Part shown: piece after piece, positions 9,038-18,475 of the stretch | How positions within the stretch are numbered: the stretch's first letter is position 1 | Layout: every line of letters starts with the position of its first letter | From: a virus | Length of the DNA: 55,381 bases | IMG/VR virus record: IMGVR_UViG_3300000302_000006 | Coordinates: 1 to 55,381 of that record | Reading direction: 5' to 3' (one strand) | Translations under genes and position numbers: made by a program | The notes under the pieces: model-generated | Seen by the model: the letters and a program-made list of their open reading frames with translations, nothing else | Database searches by the model: none | Told to the model about the DNA's origin: nothing

Positions 9038-9271
9038 TTGAAAAATAAAGAATATTGGATTTTATGGGCGAAAGCGGCAGGAGTAAGAGCAGTAAAGACA
9101 GTAGCGCAGACGTTTGTTGCTACTATCGGAACAGCGGCGGTTTTGCAGGATGTGAACTGGATTATGGTTTTATCTGCGTCTCTCCTTTCGGGAGTAATTT
9201 CAATCGGTACAAGCGTTTCCGGATTGCCGGAAGTACAGACACCGGAAATTGAAGATATGAATAAAAAGTGA
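9038..9271 (+). CDS. holin (phi LC3 / XhlB-like family)
   Basis: 77 aa with two or three TM segments. KTVAQTFVATIGTAAV pattern. TTG start with AGGAGGG SD. Confidence 0.8.
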   Translation: MKNKEYWILWAKAAGVRAVKTVAQTFVATIGTAAVLQDVNWIMVLSASLLSGVISIGTSVSGLPEVQTPEIEDMNKK

Positions 9272-9298
9272 CAGCAGAAATAGGAGGTGTATTAAATT

Positions 9299-10216
9299 AT
9301 GGGAACTTATAATGTACACGCCGGACATAATAAGATTGTTCCAGGAGCATCGAAGTATCTGGACGAAGTTACGGAAAACAGGAAAGTTAAGAACAAGGTA
9401 ATTGAGCTGCTGAAATCGGCCGGAAATACCGTATATGACTGCACGGATGACTCCGGGAAGACATCCGGTGCGAATCTGGCAAATATTGTCGCTAAGTGCA
9501 ATAAGCACACGGTTGATTTGGACATTAGTATCCATCTGAACGCGGGCGGCGGTACTGGCACAGAGGTATGGTATTATTCCGGAAGTTCTACAGGGAAATC
9601 AAAAGCAGCGGCTGTCAGCAAGAAAGTAGCGGATGCACTGGGGCTGCGGAACCGCGGGGCGAAGTCTACTACGAGCCTGTATGTGCTCAAACATACTGTT
9701 GCACCGGCTATCCTTGTAGAATGCTGCTTCGTGGACTCAAAGACAGATCAGGGGAATTGGGACGTTGATAAATGTGCGAAAGCAATCGTTGAAGCAGTGA
9801 CAGGGAAATCAGTAACCATCGGAACAAATTCCGGATCCTCAAAACCGGCCACGAGTACATCAAATACTTCATCTGCATCATCCAATGATATTAGCGTAGA
9901 TGGATGGTGGGGAGTTAAGACCACAAAACGTTTACAGCAGATTTTCGGAACTCCGGTTGACGGAATTGTATCAAATCAGGATTCATCCCAGAAAAAATAT
10001 CTGTTGAGGGCTGATTCTGGATCTTGGGATTTCGCAGGAACAGGAAATGGTTCCAATCTAATCGGAGCTATGCAGAAATACGTTGGAGTAACCGATGATG
10101 GATTTATGGGTCCAAAAACTGTTAAAGCATGGCAGAAAAAACTCGGAGTTACAGCCGATGGATATATGGGTGAAAATACAGTAAAGGCACTTCAGAAATG
10201 GATCAATAATAAGTAG
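9299..10216 (+). CDS. N-acetylmuramoyl-L-alanine amidase endolysin with three PG_binding_1-type repeats
   Basis: Amidase_3-type motifs (HAGHN, DISIHLNAGGGTGTEVWY, ECCFVDS). C-terminal repeats DGWWGVKTTKRLQQ, DGFMGPKTVKAWQ, DGYMGENTVKALQ. Confidence 0.9.
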   Translation: MGTYNVHAGHNKIVPGASKYLDEVTENRKVKNKVIELLKSAGNTVYDCTDDSGKTSGANLANIVAKCNKHTVDLDISIHLNAGGGTGTEVWYYSGSSTGKSKAAAVSKKVADALGLRNRGAKSTTSLYVLKHTVAPAILVECCFVDSKTDQGNWDVDKCAKAIVEAVTGKSVTIGTNSGSSKPATSTSNTSSASSNDISVDGWWGVKTTKRLQQIFGTPVDGIVSNQDSSQKKYLLRADSGSWDFAGTGNGSNLIGAMQKYVGVTDDGFMGPKTVKAWQKKLGVTADGYMGENTVKALQKWINNK

Positions 10217-10659
10217 TGGACATTATGCGACTTCTCAGAAAAAATATGCAACCGATGAAATACTCGTTGCAAGACGGACGAGTACCGATTTATGAGCGTG
10301 ACGAAAACGGAGATATTGTCTACATAGAAGTTGACGGGCAGAAAATTCCAGTTGAAACAGGAGAGTATGAGACTGGATATTCTTCCCCTGTTGATTTCAT
10401 GGGAAATATTTCTATGTCCGGCGGTGAAGCTGAGGCAAAAGAGTTCGGAATGGATATCGGAGACTTTGATGCGGTAATTGTTCTGGAAAAGGACGCTATA
10501 CCTATCTCTGAGACTTCTATAATCTGGCATACAAGCCCGGTAAAGTATAAGGACGAACAAAATACCATAGTAGACTCAAAGTCGGCAGATTACGCTGTAA
10601 AACGTGTCTCGCCGAGTTTGAATTTTACCAAGGTATTGCTTCAGAGAATTGTAAAGTAG
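10216..10659 (+). CDS. neck/head-tail joining protein (unknown family)
   Basis: Position only. Confidence 0.5.
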   Translation: MDIMRLLRKNMQPMKYSLQDGRVPIYERDENGDIVYIEVDGQKIPVETGEYETGYSSPVDFMGNISMSGGEAEAKEFGMDIGDFDAVIVLEKDAIPISETSIIWHTSPVKYKDEQNTIVDSKSADYAVKRVSPSLNFTKVLLQRIVK

Positions 10660-10666
10660 GTAGAAC

Positions 10667-11026
10667 ATGAATAGTAGAACAATAAACATTTTAGGAACTG
10701 AATATACAATAAATTTTGTTGATAAGTTCCCTGATCATATGAGCGAATTTGAAGATAGCGCAGACGGATTATTCAACGGATTGAATCGGGAGATTTTTAT
10801 TCATACAAGAAATTCTCAACAGGATTTGACGGAATCTGGGAAGAAACAGGGCGTTAAAAGGTCTTTAAGGCATGAAATAATCCATGCTTTTTTATTTGAA
10901 AGTGGTCTTGGCTCTAACAGTTTAAATCATTATTCTGCATGGGCTGAAAATGAAGAAATGGTTGATTGGTTTGCTATTCAGTTACCGAAAATATTTAAGG
11001 TGTTTCAGGAACTGGACATTTTGTAG
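10667..11026 (+). CDS. HExxH metallopeptidase-like protein (ImmA/IrrE, M78-like)
   Basis: SLRHEIIHAFLFESGL motif. 119 aa. Confidence 0.55.
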   Translation: MNSRTINILGTEYTINFVDKFPDHMSEFEDSADGLFNGLNREIFIHTRNSQQDLTESGKKQGVKRSLRHEIIHAFLFESGLGSNSLNHYSAWAENEEMVDWFAIQLPKIFKVFQELDIL

Positions 11027-11034
11027 GTATTATC

Positions 11035-11580
11035 ATGGCGAAAAAAGTATTCAAACTCAATCCGTTATCGTCAAGTAGCATAACCTCATTGCAAAAGCAG
11101 CTACGGGAATACCGGGATTCGCTTGATAAGAAGTGTGAACGCTTTGTACGCGAACTGGCAGAAAGCGGAATATCAGTAGCAAAAGTAAATACCGGAAATT
11201 TCGGAAAGTATCTGGCATTTACCGTACAGTCGAGCCGGACAGCGGACGGATATAAAGCTGTTTTACTGGCGACAAATACTGGAATCATACATAGCGAGTG
11301 GAGAACAAAGGACGGTGTAAAAACCGCTGATGTATCCCCATTGTTGGTGTGTGAGTTCGGTTCCGGTCTGAGAGCGAAAAATCCCATGAACGTTCCGGGA
11401 GTCGGTACGGGCACATTTCCGGGAGGTACGCATGGCGCTGATCCTGAAGGTTGGTGGTACATGGATTTAGATGGTGTATGGCATCACTCTTACGGTATGA
11501 CGCCTAAAATGCCAATGTATCATGCAAGTCTGGCGATTATGTCAAATGTTCAGAAGGTAGCAAAGGAGGTATTTGGATAA
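11035..11580 (+). CDS. HK97 gp10-like neck/tail component
   Basis: Position and weak pattern similarity. Confidence 0.45.
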   Translation: MAKKVFKLNPLSSSSITSLQKQLREYRDSLDKKCERFVRELAESGISVAKVNTGNFGKYLAFTVQSSRTADGYKAVLLATNTGIIHSEWRTKDGVKTADVSPLLVCEFGSGLRAKNPMNVPGVGTGTFPGGTHGADPEGWWYMDLDGVWHHSYGMTPKMPMYHASLAIMSNVQKVAKEVFG

Positions 11581-11976
11581 ATGCTTGATATGTTAGAATC
11601 GCAGGTTTTAACACGGATAAAGTACAGTTTTCCCCAAAAACTCAAAGACAAATATCCGAACCTCACTTTTACCAACTCTGACCGGAACGAGGACGACCCG
11701 AAATTTCCGACTGTGTATGTTCACGAAATGCCGAGCTCGGAAACCGGAGAAGACATGGAGGGCGACGAAATCAATGCTGTGTTATCTGCTTTTCAGATTG
11801 AAGTTACGACGAATACGAGCCAGTCCGAGGCAAAGACGGTTCTGGATGAAGTCGTCAAAATTATGAAAAAAATGCGGTATAAAGTGATCGCACTGCCGGA
11901 ATTTCAGAACCCGACAAGTACATACAGAAGTGTGGCACGTTTTCGGCGCACAATCGCCGAAGATGATGTTTTATAG
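11581..11976 (+). CDS. tail terminator / tail completion protein
   Basis: Position immediately upstream of the major tail gene. Confidence 0.5.
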   Translation: MLDMLESQVLTRIKYSFPQKLKDKYPNLTFTNSDRNEDDPKFPTVYVHEMPSSETGEDMEGDEINAVLSAFQIEVTTNTSQSEAKTVLDEVVKIMKKMRYKVIALPEFQNPTSTYRSVARFRRTIAEDDVL

Positions 11977-12034
11977 AAACTTATTAACCGGAGCCGAAAG
12001 GCTCTATTTTTTATGTGAGAAAGGAGATGGAGAG

Positions 12035-12532
12035 ATGGCTTCAACCAGTTATTTGGCTAGAGTAATCTTCAAAGATCATACAGGTGAAGGGGATACAACT
12101 GATTTTGCCGGAACATACAAATTGCTCGTAAAGGCAAAATCAATTCCGGCTCCTGTGTCAGCACCGAACACGGTGGAATCTACTACTCTTGAAGATGATG
12201 CGCAAACGTATGAAATGGGTATCAAGACATCTGATTCCAAAGAAGTTACAGGAAACCTCGAAAAAGAATATCTTGACAATATCGATAAACTTGGAATGAA
12301 GAAACTGGATATTATCCAGTTATACGGAACTCAAGGAATCGGTGAAGTAGCGAAGTATGCTTATGTCGGACAGGCTACAGCAACACCGTCTGATGTTGGA
12401 GGCGTAGATGAAATCCTCGAAATGGCTGTAACAATCATTCCGAATACGGCAGCTAAGAAAGTTACAGACGATTACACCGTGGCAGATAACGGAGACGGAA
12501 CGTTTACGGTGACAGCAGCGTCGGGGGGTTGA
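12035..12532 (+). CDS. major tail (tube) protein
   Basis: AAGGAG SD 8 nt upstream. 165 aa, upstream of the G/GT chaperone pair and the tape measure gene. Confidence 0.7.
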   Translation: MASTSYLARVIFKDHTGEGDTTDFAGTYKLLVKAKSIPAPVSAPNTVESTTLEDDAQTYEMGIKTSDSKEVTGNLEKEYLDNIDKLGMKKLDIIQLYGTQGIGEVAKYAYVGQATATPSDVGGVDEILEMAVTIIPNTAAKKVTDDYTVADNGDGTFTVTAASGG

Positions 12533-12535
12533 TGA

Positions 12536-12570
12536 GCCTTTCCGATAATAAAACGGCATCCCGGAAAGGC
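12536..12570 (+). terminator. 9-bp GC-rich hairpin after the major tail gene (attenuator or RNA-stability element; no T-tract)
   Basis: GCCTTTCCG ... CGGAAAGGC. Confidence 0.35.
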
Positions 12571-12677
12571 GTAAAACGTTCATATGCCGAACCGAAACTT
12601 GAAGAAACTTATATTAACTGAGAATGAGCGGGGCGGTCTACGGACTGCCCCCTCCAATTTATATGGAGGGTATGACT

Positions 12678-13175
12678 ATGAAAACAATTCAGATTGCAGG
12701 AAATGAGTACACACTGGAATTTTCTTTTGTGGCGGCAGAACATAAATCAATCGTTCAGAAGATGTTCAATGCGCTTTCCGGCGGATACATTTTTAAGCAC
12801 GCTCAGATTAATCAGGACGGAGAACAGAATAATTCTGCCGAAGCAATGATTGACGGAACAGCGGAGCTGGTATCAGAAATTCCGCATATCTGCAAAGATG
12901 CTTTTTATGCCGGACTTCTGGAACATAATCCGGTGTCAATGGAAGAATCCGCAAATCTGATGAAAACATATATGAAAGAAAACAAGCTGTCATTCAACAA
13001 ACTGTATCGTGAGATTCAGACAATTATGGAGGATGACGGTTTTTTCGATTTGACGGGAATCAAGGAAATGCTCGAAGAGATGAACAAGACAGTAGAGGGC
13101 GAAACGGAAGAAACACCGAAGAAAGCTCCGAAGGTTCCGCAGGATCACCAGAAGAAATCAACTTCCACGAAATAA
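12678..13175 (+). CDS. tail assembly chaperone (gpG-like)
   Basis: Position before the tape measure gene, acidic C-terminus, contains the slip site. Confidence 0.75.
   Translation: MKTIQIAGNEYTLEFSFVAAEHKSIVQKMFNALSGGYIFKHAQINQDGEQNNSAEAMIDGTAELVSEIPHICKDAFYAGLLEHNPVSMEESANLMKTYMKENKLSFNKLYREIQTIMEDDGFFDLTGIKEMLEEMNKTVEGETEETPKKAPKVPQDHQKKSTSTK
13040..13046 (+). promoter_or_regulatory. -1 programmed frameshift slippery heptamer T_TTT_TTC
   Basis: In the zero frame it reads GGT TTT TTC. The -1 frame opens at 13037 and runs to 13561. Confidence 0.8.
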
Positions 13176-13561
13176 TCTGGAATGAATATCTTCCGGGAGC
13201 TTTGACAATAGGCGTATCTTACGAAACATTTTTACACCTGACACCGAGAAGGCTCGATCCGTTCAGAAAAGCATATAACAACCGAAAACGAGAAAAAGAC
13301 GAGAATCACTGGCTTATGGGTCAGTACAATATTCAGGCTTTTCGTGTTGTTATGGATGAAGTTATGTGCGGATTATCAGGCAAAGGAAGAAAGCCAAAAA
13401 CGAAGTACTTTGAAGAGCCTAAATTGTGGAAGTTCTTAGATGAATCAGAGCTTACGGATGAAGAGCGGGAGAAAAGAGCTATGGAAAGAGAAATTCTTGC
13501 TATGGAACAATGGATTGCGAACGATAAGGCAAGAGGTCTCCCAGAAACAAAAATCAAGTAA
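13040..13561 (+). CDS. gpT-like part of the G-T frameshift fusion chaperone
   Basis: -1 frame ORF with no independent SD. EIIWNEYLPGALTIGVSYETFLHLTPRRL is typical of T domains. Confidence 0.7.
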   Translation, partial: FFRFDGNQGNARRDEQDSRGRNGRNTEESSEGSAGSPEEINFHEIIWNEYLPGALTIGVSYETFLHLTPRRLDPFRKAYNNRKREKDENHWLMGQYNIQAFRVVMDEVMCGLSGKGRKPKTKYFEEPKLWKFLDESELTDEEREKRAMEREILAMEQWIANDKARGLPETKIK

Positions 13562-13612
13562 GGACGGTAGCGTGTCACAGCCTACCGTCTTATTTTTTAA
13601 GGAGTGTGAGAG

Positions 13613-16600
13613 ATGGGAATTGAAGTAGATAGCTTAGAAATACCGCTTAAAACACATTCACAAACTGCGATAAAGTCTATCGACACACTTATAGATAGAC
13701 TTGGCGTTCTCAACACATCTCTTACAAAGGTTAACGGTAGTGGTCTTACTGGCGTTGCAAATGGTGTGAACAAACTCAGTAATGCCATGCAGGGCATGAA
13801 GAGTGTAGGAACTGCTGATTTTACAAGACTTGCGACCAATATTACAAAAATAGCAAGTCTTGACTCAAAAAACATAAACAGAGCCGCCTCTGCGATTGGA
13901 CAGATTTCAAAATCTTTGGGTTCACTGAAATCTGTGTCTGTTTCAGGAACATCAAAGCAGGTCGCAGAACTGGCAAACGGAATTGCAAAGCTGGGATATA
14001 AAAGCTCCACAAAGGCTATTGAGAATATACCGAAACTTGCTACGGCTATGAAAGACCTTATGACGAGCTTATCAAAAGCTCCGAGAGTAAGTCGAAATCT
14101 CATAGATATGACAAATGCTCTGGCCAAACTGGCTCGCACAGGCGCGTCATCCGGTAAGGCGGCTACATCACTTTCACGTAGCCTTGATACATATACAAAA
14201 TCAACAAGTAAGGCGAGTTCAGGAACAAAAGGTCTTGCTTCTGCTTTGGGGAAAATGTATGCATCGTACTGGCTGTTATTCCGAGCATTTCAAAAAATTG
14301 GACAGTCAATCACTTTAGCGTCTGATTTAGTTGAAGTACAGAACGTTGTAAACACTGTATTTGGCGATATGACGGCGAAAGTTGAACAGTACGCCGATAG
14401 GTCGATTGAACAATTTGGAATGTCAGAATTGGCGTTTAAGCAGTATGCAAGCCGTTTTCAGGCTATGGGTTCCGCTATGGGAATCGACAGCGGACTTATC
14501 GGACAGGCGAACAGCTTTTTGAATAAGAGTACAAACGGATATGTCGCACTGTCTGATTCGATGGCGGATGTTTCCCTGACATTAACACAGCTTACAGCAG
14601 ACATGGCTTCATTCTACAACGTGGAGCAGTCGGCAGTAGCGGAAGACTTAGCGGCAATCTTTACAGGCGAGACACGTCCACTTAGAACGTATGGTCTTGA
14701 TTTAACACAAGCCACACTTGCTGAATGGGCGATGAAAGAAGGACTTGATGCAGATATTCAGTCCATGTCTCAGGCTGAAAAGACTATGCTTCGCTACCAG
14801 TATGTTCTCGCGAATACAACCGCAGCACAGGGAGACTTTGCTCGTACAGCAAATACCTGGGCGAATCAGGTCAGAATCCTTCAGGAGCAAATTAAGAAGT
14901 GGGCTAGTGTAATCGGTACAGGCGTTATCGCCGCATTTAAGCCGTTTTTACAAACCCTTAACACGGTAATGGGTAAAGTCATTGACTTTACTGAAAATGT
15001 GCTTAATGCTCTCGGAAATATCTTTGGGTGGAAATTTGAGATTTCTGGTGGTGGAATTACAGACGACCTTGCGGATAGTATGGGAGATACTGCTGTTGAT
15101 ACAGGAAATGCGGCAGGAAGCGCAGGGGATTTATCTGACAATCTTGGTGATGCGGCCGCAAATGCTAAAAAGCTGTACTCTACAGTTCTCGGGATTGATG
15201 AACTGAACATCAACAATCCAAACACGGGAAGTACAGGGAGCGGTTCTGGAGGTAGCGGAGGAACCGGGGGTTCTGGTTCTGGTGGAGCTGGAACCGGAAG
15301 TTCTGATAGCGGATTGACTACTACAATCAGCAGAAATGACGCTATTTTAAAAGCGTATGAAAGCAGCATCGATAGCTTGTATGAGCTTGGAGAGTATATC
15401 GGAGATACACTGACTAAAACTCTGAATAGTATTGACTGGAATAAAGTATATCAGGGCGCAAAAGACTTTGGAAAAGGTCTCGCAGATTTCCTTAATGGAC
15501 TAATTTCACCTGAATTGTTCGGAGCAGTAGGAAGAACAATTGCCGGAGCACTTAATACAGCGATTTATGCCGCTCTTTCCTTTGGGGAAACATTCGATTT
15601 CTATGATTTTGGTGTTTCAATTGCGACAGGAATCAATGAGTTCTTCAGAACGTTTGACTTTGGGGCGTTGGCTCAGACTTTAAATGTATGGGTTGACGGA
15701 TTGATTGATACTATCGCAGGATTTATAAAGACAATATCATGGTCGGATATATTGAATGCGGCAGGAGATTTTCTTAGAACTCTTGAGCTTGATACTGTCG
15801 GTGTCATTATTGGGGCTTTTACGCTGAAAAACTCAATAAGCACCCTTTCGGGAATGTTTTCGAGTTTATTGTCAAATTTTTTGGCATTTAATAACATTTC
15901 GATAGGGAAAATATCTATCGGTCTTAGCTTTGCAGCCGCTACATTTGTACTTGCTGATTCTGAAGATAAACTTGCCAATATTATCGGGGCTCCCATCACA
16001 GCATTTTTATCTACATATACATTTACTGGAGATTTGAAAATATCTCTTGCGGTATCTGCATTTTTATCTCTTGCGGAAATTGATATAAATGTGAAGCAAA
16101 AAATGTGGAAGAAAATTTTTGAATCTTTATTTAAACTTGCAGGAGATGAAGAGAGCGCACAGAGAGCGGCGGAATTACCGGAGTTGTCTCTTACACAAAC
16201 CGTAAAAGTATTTTTTAATATGATTTCTGACCCAAAAGGTAGGGAATCGCTTTTAAATGCACCAAAAGACATTTTAGATACTGTAGCAAAAGCGTTTGAT
16301 AATTTGCTCAAACCCGTTACAAAAAATATCGGAAAATTTGTTTCGGATACACAAAAAAAGATTGGTAAAATACCTGAATTTTTCAAAGAATTACCAGAAA
16401 AAATAGGGTATTACCTTGGATTACTTGTCGGAAATTTTATTAAATTACCCGGACAAATTGGAAGCGCTATAGAATCTTTTGTCACAGAAACGCTTCCTAA
16501 CTGGGTTGCGAATATATGGAACTTTTTTACGCAGACAATTCCGCAGATCATTTCAAATGCTGTTGGATTTTTCGCTCAGTTGCCACAGAATATTTATGTT

Positions 16601-18415
16601 GCAATTAGTACATTTGTAACGGAAATTCTACCACAGTGGGGAGAAAATGTATTAGAGTTCTTTTCTGGGTTATTAGATGGAGTAATCGGATTTATACAAT
16701 CAATTCCAGAAAATATAAGCGAATTTTTCGGAGAAGCATCTGAAACAATAGGCGAAAAAGGACGAGGATTTTTAAGCGGATTTGTACAAGGAATATCTGA
16801 TTCATTAAATATTGATGTTGCTGGCGCAATTTCTAGGTTTGGAGAAAGCGCAAGTGATTTGTTCGGAAGCATATGGTCTGGTATACAAACTATTTTTTCA
16901 CCAATGGGTAGTTGGTTTGGAGATAGATTCGAGGACGTGAAAAACGCATTCCTCAATGCACCAGAATTTTTCAAAGAAAAATTTCAAGGAGCATACCAAA
17001 AAGTTACTGGGGCATTTCAGTCGATTGCAACATGGTTCCATGAAAAATGGGATAGCGTAAAAGGCGTATTTAAAGATGTACAGTCATTCTTTAAAGATGG
17101 ATTCCAAAAAGCGTATGATGCAGTAAAAAATATTTGGGGCGGACTCGGATCGTTTTTCAAGGGAGTTGCTGAAAATGCATTTAAACCAATAAAATCTCTC
17201 GTAAACGGTGTAATTAAAGGGATTAACTGGGTATTAGAAAAGGTTGGTTCTGGAACAAGAGTAAGTGAATGGGGTGGAATTAAATTTGCTAAAGGTTCTG
17301 ATGGAATACCACGGAATACACTTGGAATTGTCAACGATCAGCCGGGTTCAACCTATAAAGAGCTGATTGTTCCACCGTCAGGAAAACCGTTTATACCAGA
17401 GGGACGTAACGTTATGTTACCGCTTGAAAAAGGCACAAAGATTATGCCGGCAAAGCAGACAAAAGTGTTTATGTCCGGTATGCCACATTTCGCAGGTGGA
17501 ATCGGTGATTTCTTCGGTAATGCATGGGATGCAATCAAGAGTTTTAGTGGCAATGTGCTTGATTACCTGACGCATCCGGGAGATATTGTTAAAATAGCAA
17601 TTGACAAATTTGTTGGAATCTCAGATTTTGTTGAACCGTGGTTAAGTGTTGCCGGCGGAATGGTAAACAAGACATTTGATGCTATCGTAGACTTTGTAAC
17701 CGGAATTTTTGATACGGTAGTTCCGAAAGTAAATTACAGTCCATCCGCAGGGGTTGAACAATGGAGACAGCTTGCAGCTTATGCATTGAAACTGACAAAT
17801 CAGTATTCAGACGCAAACTTAAATCTGCTTCTGTACCAGATGCAGACAGAATCAGGTGGTAATCCGAACGCTATAAATAACTGGGATATAAATGCAAAAA
17901 ACGGTACACCGTCAAAAGGACTTATGCAGGTGATTGACCCGACATTTAAGGCATATGCAATGAAAGGGTACAATACGAATATCTATGATCCGCTTTCAAA
18001 CATGATTGCGGCGATAAGATATACTGTATCTCGTTATGGAAGTCTTGCGAACGGATGGAAAGGTCATGGATACGCAAGCGGTATCGGAAAGATTAATCTG
18101 TCAGATCTGATACCGGCTTATGAAGTTGGTGGTTTTCCAGAGGACGGGTTGTTCTTCGCTAATCACAATGAGCTTATAGGACAATTCTCAAACGGAAAAA
18201 CAGCAGTTGCGCCAAATCCAGATATTCAAAAAGGTATTGAAGAAGCGGCTTATCGTGGTTTTGTTCGTGCAAGTGCGGAAAATACCAGAGAAACATCTTT
18301 ACTCGAAGAGCTGATAGACGCAGTTCGCGAGGGAAAACAGATTGTTGTTGACGGCAGAGAACTTGTTTCGGCATACGACAGAAGAAAAAACCGTAACGGA
18401 TTTTCATTCACTTAA
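13613..18415 (+). CDS. tape measure protein with C-terminal lytic transglycosylase (SLT) domain
   Basis: 1600 aa, helical and repetitive. Gly/Ser tract near 15230-15300. SLT motif YQMQTESGGNPNAINN...GLMQVIDPTF at about 17.8-18.0 kb. Confidence 0.9.
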   Translation: MGIEVDSLEIPLKTHSQTAIKSIDTLIDRLGVLNTSLTKVNGSGLTGVANGVNKLSNAMQGMKSVGTADFTRLATNITKIASLDSKNINRAASAIGQISKSLGSLKSVSVSGTSKQVAELANGIAKLGYKSSTKAIENIPKLATAMKDLMTSLSKAPRVSRNLIDMTNALAKLARTGASSGKAATSLSRSLDTYTKSTSKASSGTKGLASALGKMYASYWLLFRAFQKIGQSITLASDLVEVQNVVNTVFGDMTAKVEQYADRSIEQFGMSELAFKQYASRFQAMGSAMGIDSGLIGQANSFLNKSTNGYVALSDSMADVSLTLTQLTADMASFYNVEQSAVAEDLAAIFTGETRPLRTYGLDLTQATLAEWAMKEGLDADIQSMSQAEKTMLRYQYVLANTTAAQGDFARTANTWANQVRILQEQIKKWASVIGTGVIAAFKPFLQTLNTVMGKVIDFTENVLNALGNIFGWKFEISGGGITDDLADSMGDTAVDTGNAAGSAGDLSDNLGDAAANAKKLYSTVLGIDELNINNPNTGSTGSGSGGSGGTGGSGSGGAGTGSSDSGLTTTISRNDAILKAYESSIDSLYELGEYIGDTLTKTLNSIDWNKVYQGAKDFGKGLADFLNGLISPELFGAVGRTIAGALNTAIYAALSFGETFDFYDFGVSIATGINEFFRTFDFGALAQTLNVWVDGLIDTIAGFIKTISWSDILNAAGDFLRTLELDTVGVIIGAFTLKNSISTLSGMFSSLLSNFLAFNNISIGKISIGLSFAAATFVLADSEDKLANIIGAPITAFLSTYTFTGDLKISLAVSAFLSLAEIDINVKQKMWKKIFESLFKLAGDEESAQRAAELPELSLTQTVKVFFNMISDPKGRESLLNAPKDILDTVAKAFDNLLKPVTKNIGKFVSDTQKKIGKIPEFFKELPEKIGYYLGLLVGNFIKLPGQIGSAIESFVTETLPNWVANIWNFFTQTIPQIISNAVGFFAQLPQNIYVAISTFVTEILPQWGENVLEFFSGLLDGVIGFIQSIPENISEFFGEASETIGEKGRGFLSGFVQGISDSLNIDVAGAISRFGESASDLFGSIWSGIQTIFSPMGSWFGDRFEDVKNAFLNAPEFFKEKFQGAYQKVTGAFQSIATWFHEKWDSVKGVFKDVQSFFKDGFQKAYDAVKNIWGGLGSFFKGVAENAFKPIKSLVNGVIKGINWVLEKVGSGTRVSEWGGIKFAKGSDGIPRNTLGIVNDQPGSTYKELIVPPSGKPFIPEGRNVMLPLEKGTKIMPAKQTKVFMSGMPHFAGGIGDFFGNAWDAIKSFSGNVLDYLTHPGDIVKIAIDKFVGISDFVEPWLSVAGGMVNKTFDAIVDFVTGIFDTVVPKVNYSPSAGVEQWRQLAAYALKLTNQYSDANLNLLLYQMQTESGGNPNAINNWDINAKNGTPSKGLMQVIDPTFKAYAMKGYNTNIYDPLSNMIAAIRYTVSRYGSLANGWKGHGYASGIGKINLSDLIPAYEVGGFPEDGLFFANHNELIGQFSNGKTAVAPNPDIQKGIEEAAYRGFVRASAENTRETSLLEELIDAVREGKQIVVDGRELVSAYDRRKNRNGFSFT

Positions 18416-18416
18416 A

Positions 18417-18445
18417 TTGTAAAAACTCCCGTAGTGTGGTAGAAT
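18417..18445 (+). promoter_or_regulatory. sigma-A-type promoter for the lipoprotein gene
   Basis: TTGTAA, 17-nt spacer, TGg-TAGAAT (extended -10). Confidence 0.6.
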
Positions 18446-18475
18446 TTATCTATCATACTATGGGAGGAATAAGTT

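Noticed and set aside
13597-17553. Several long minus-strand ORFs inside the tape measure gene (for example 13597..14139, 14881..15369, 15673..16386)
   Set aside because: They are antisense to a clearly coding, repetitive gene and have no independent signals.
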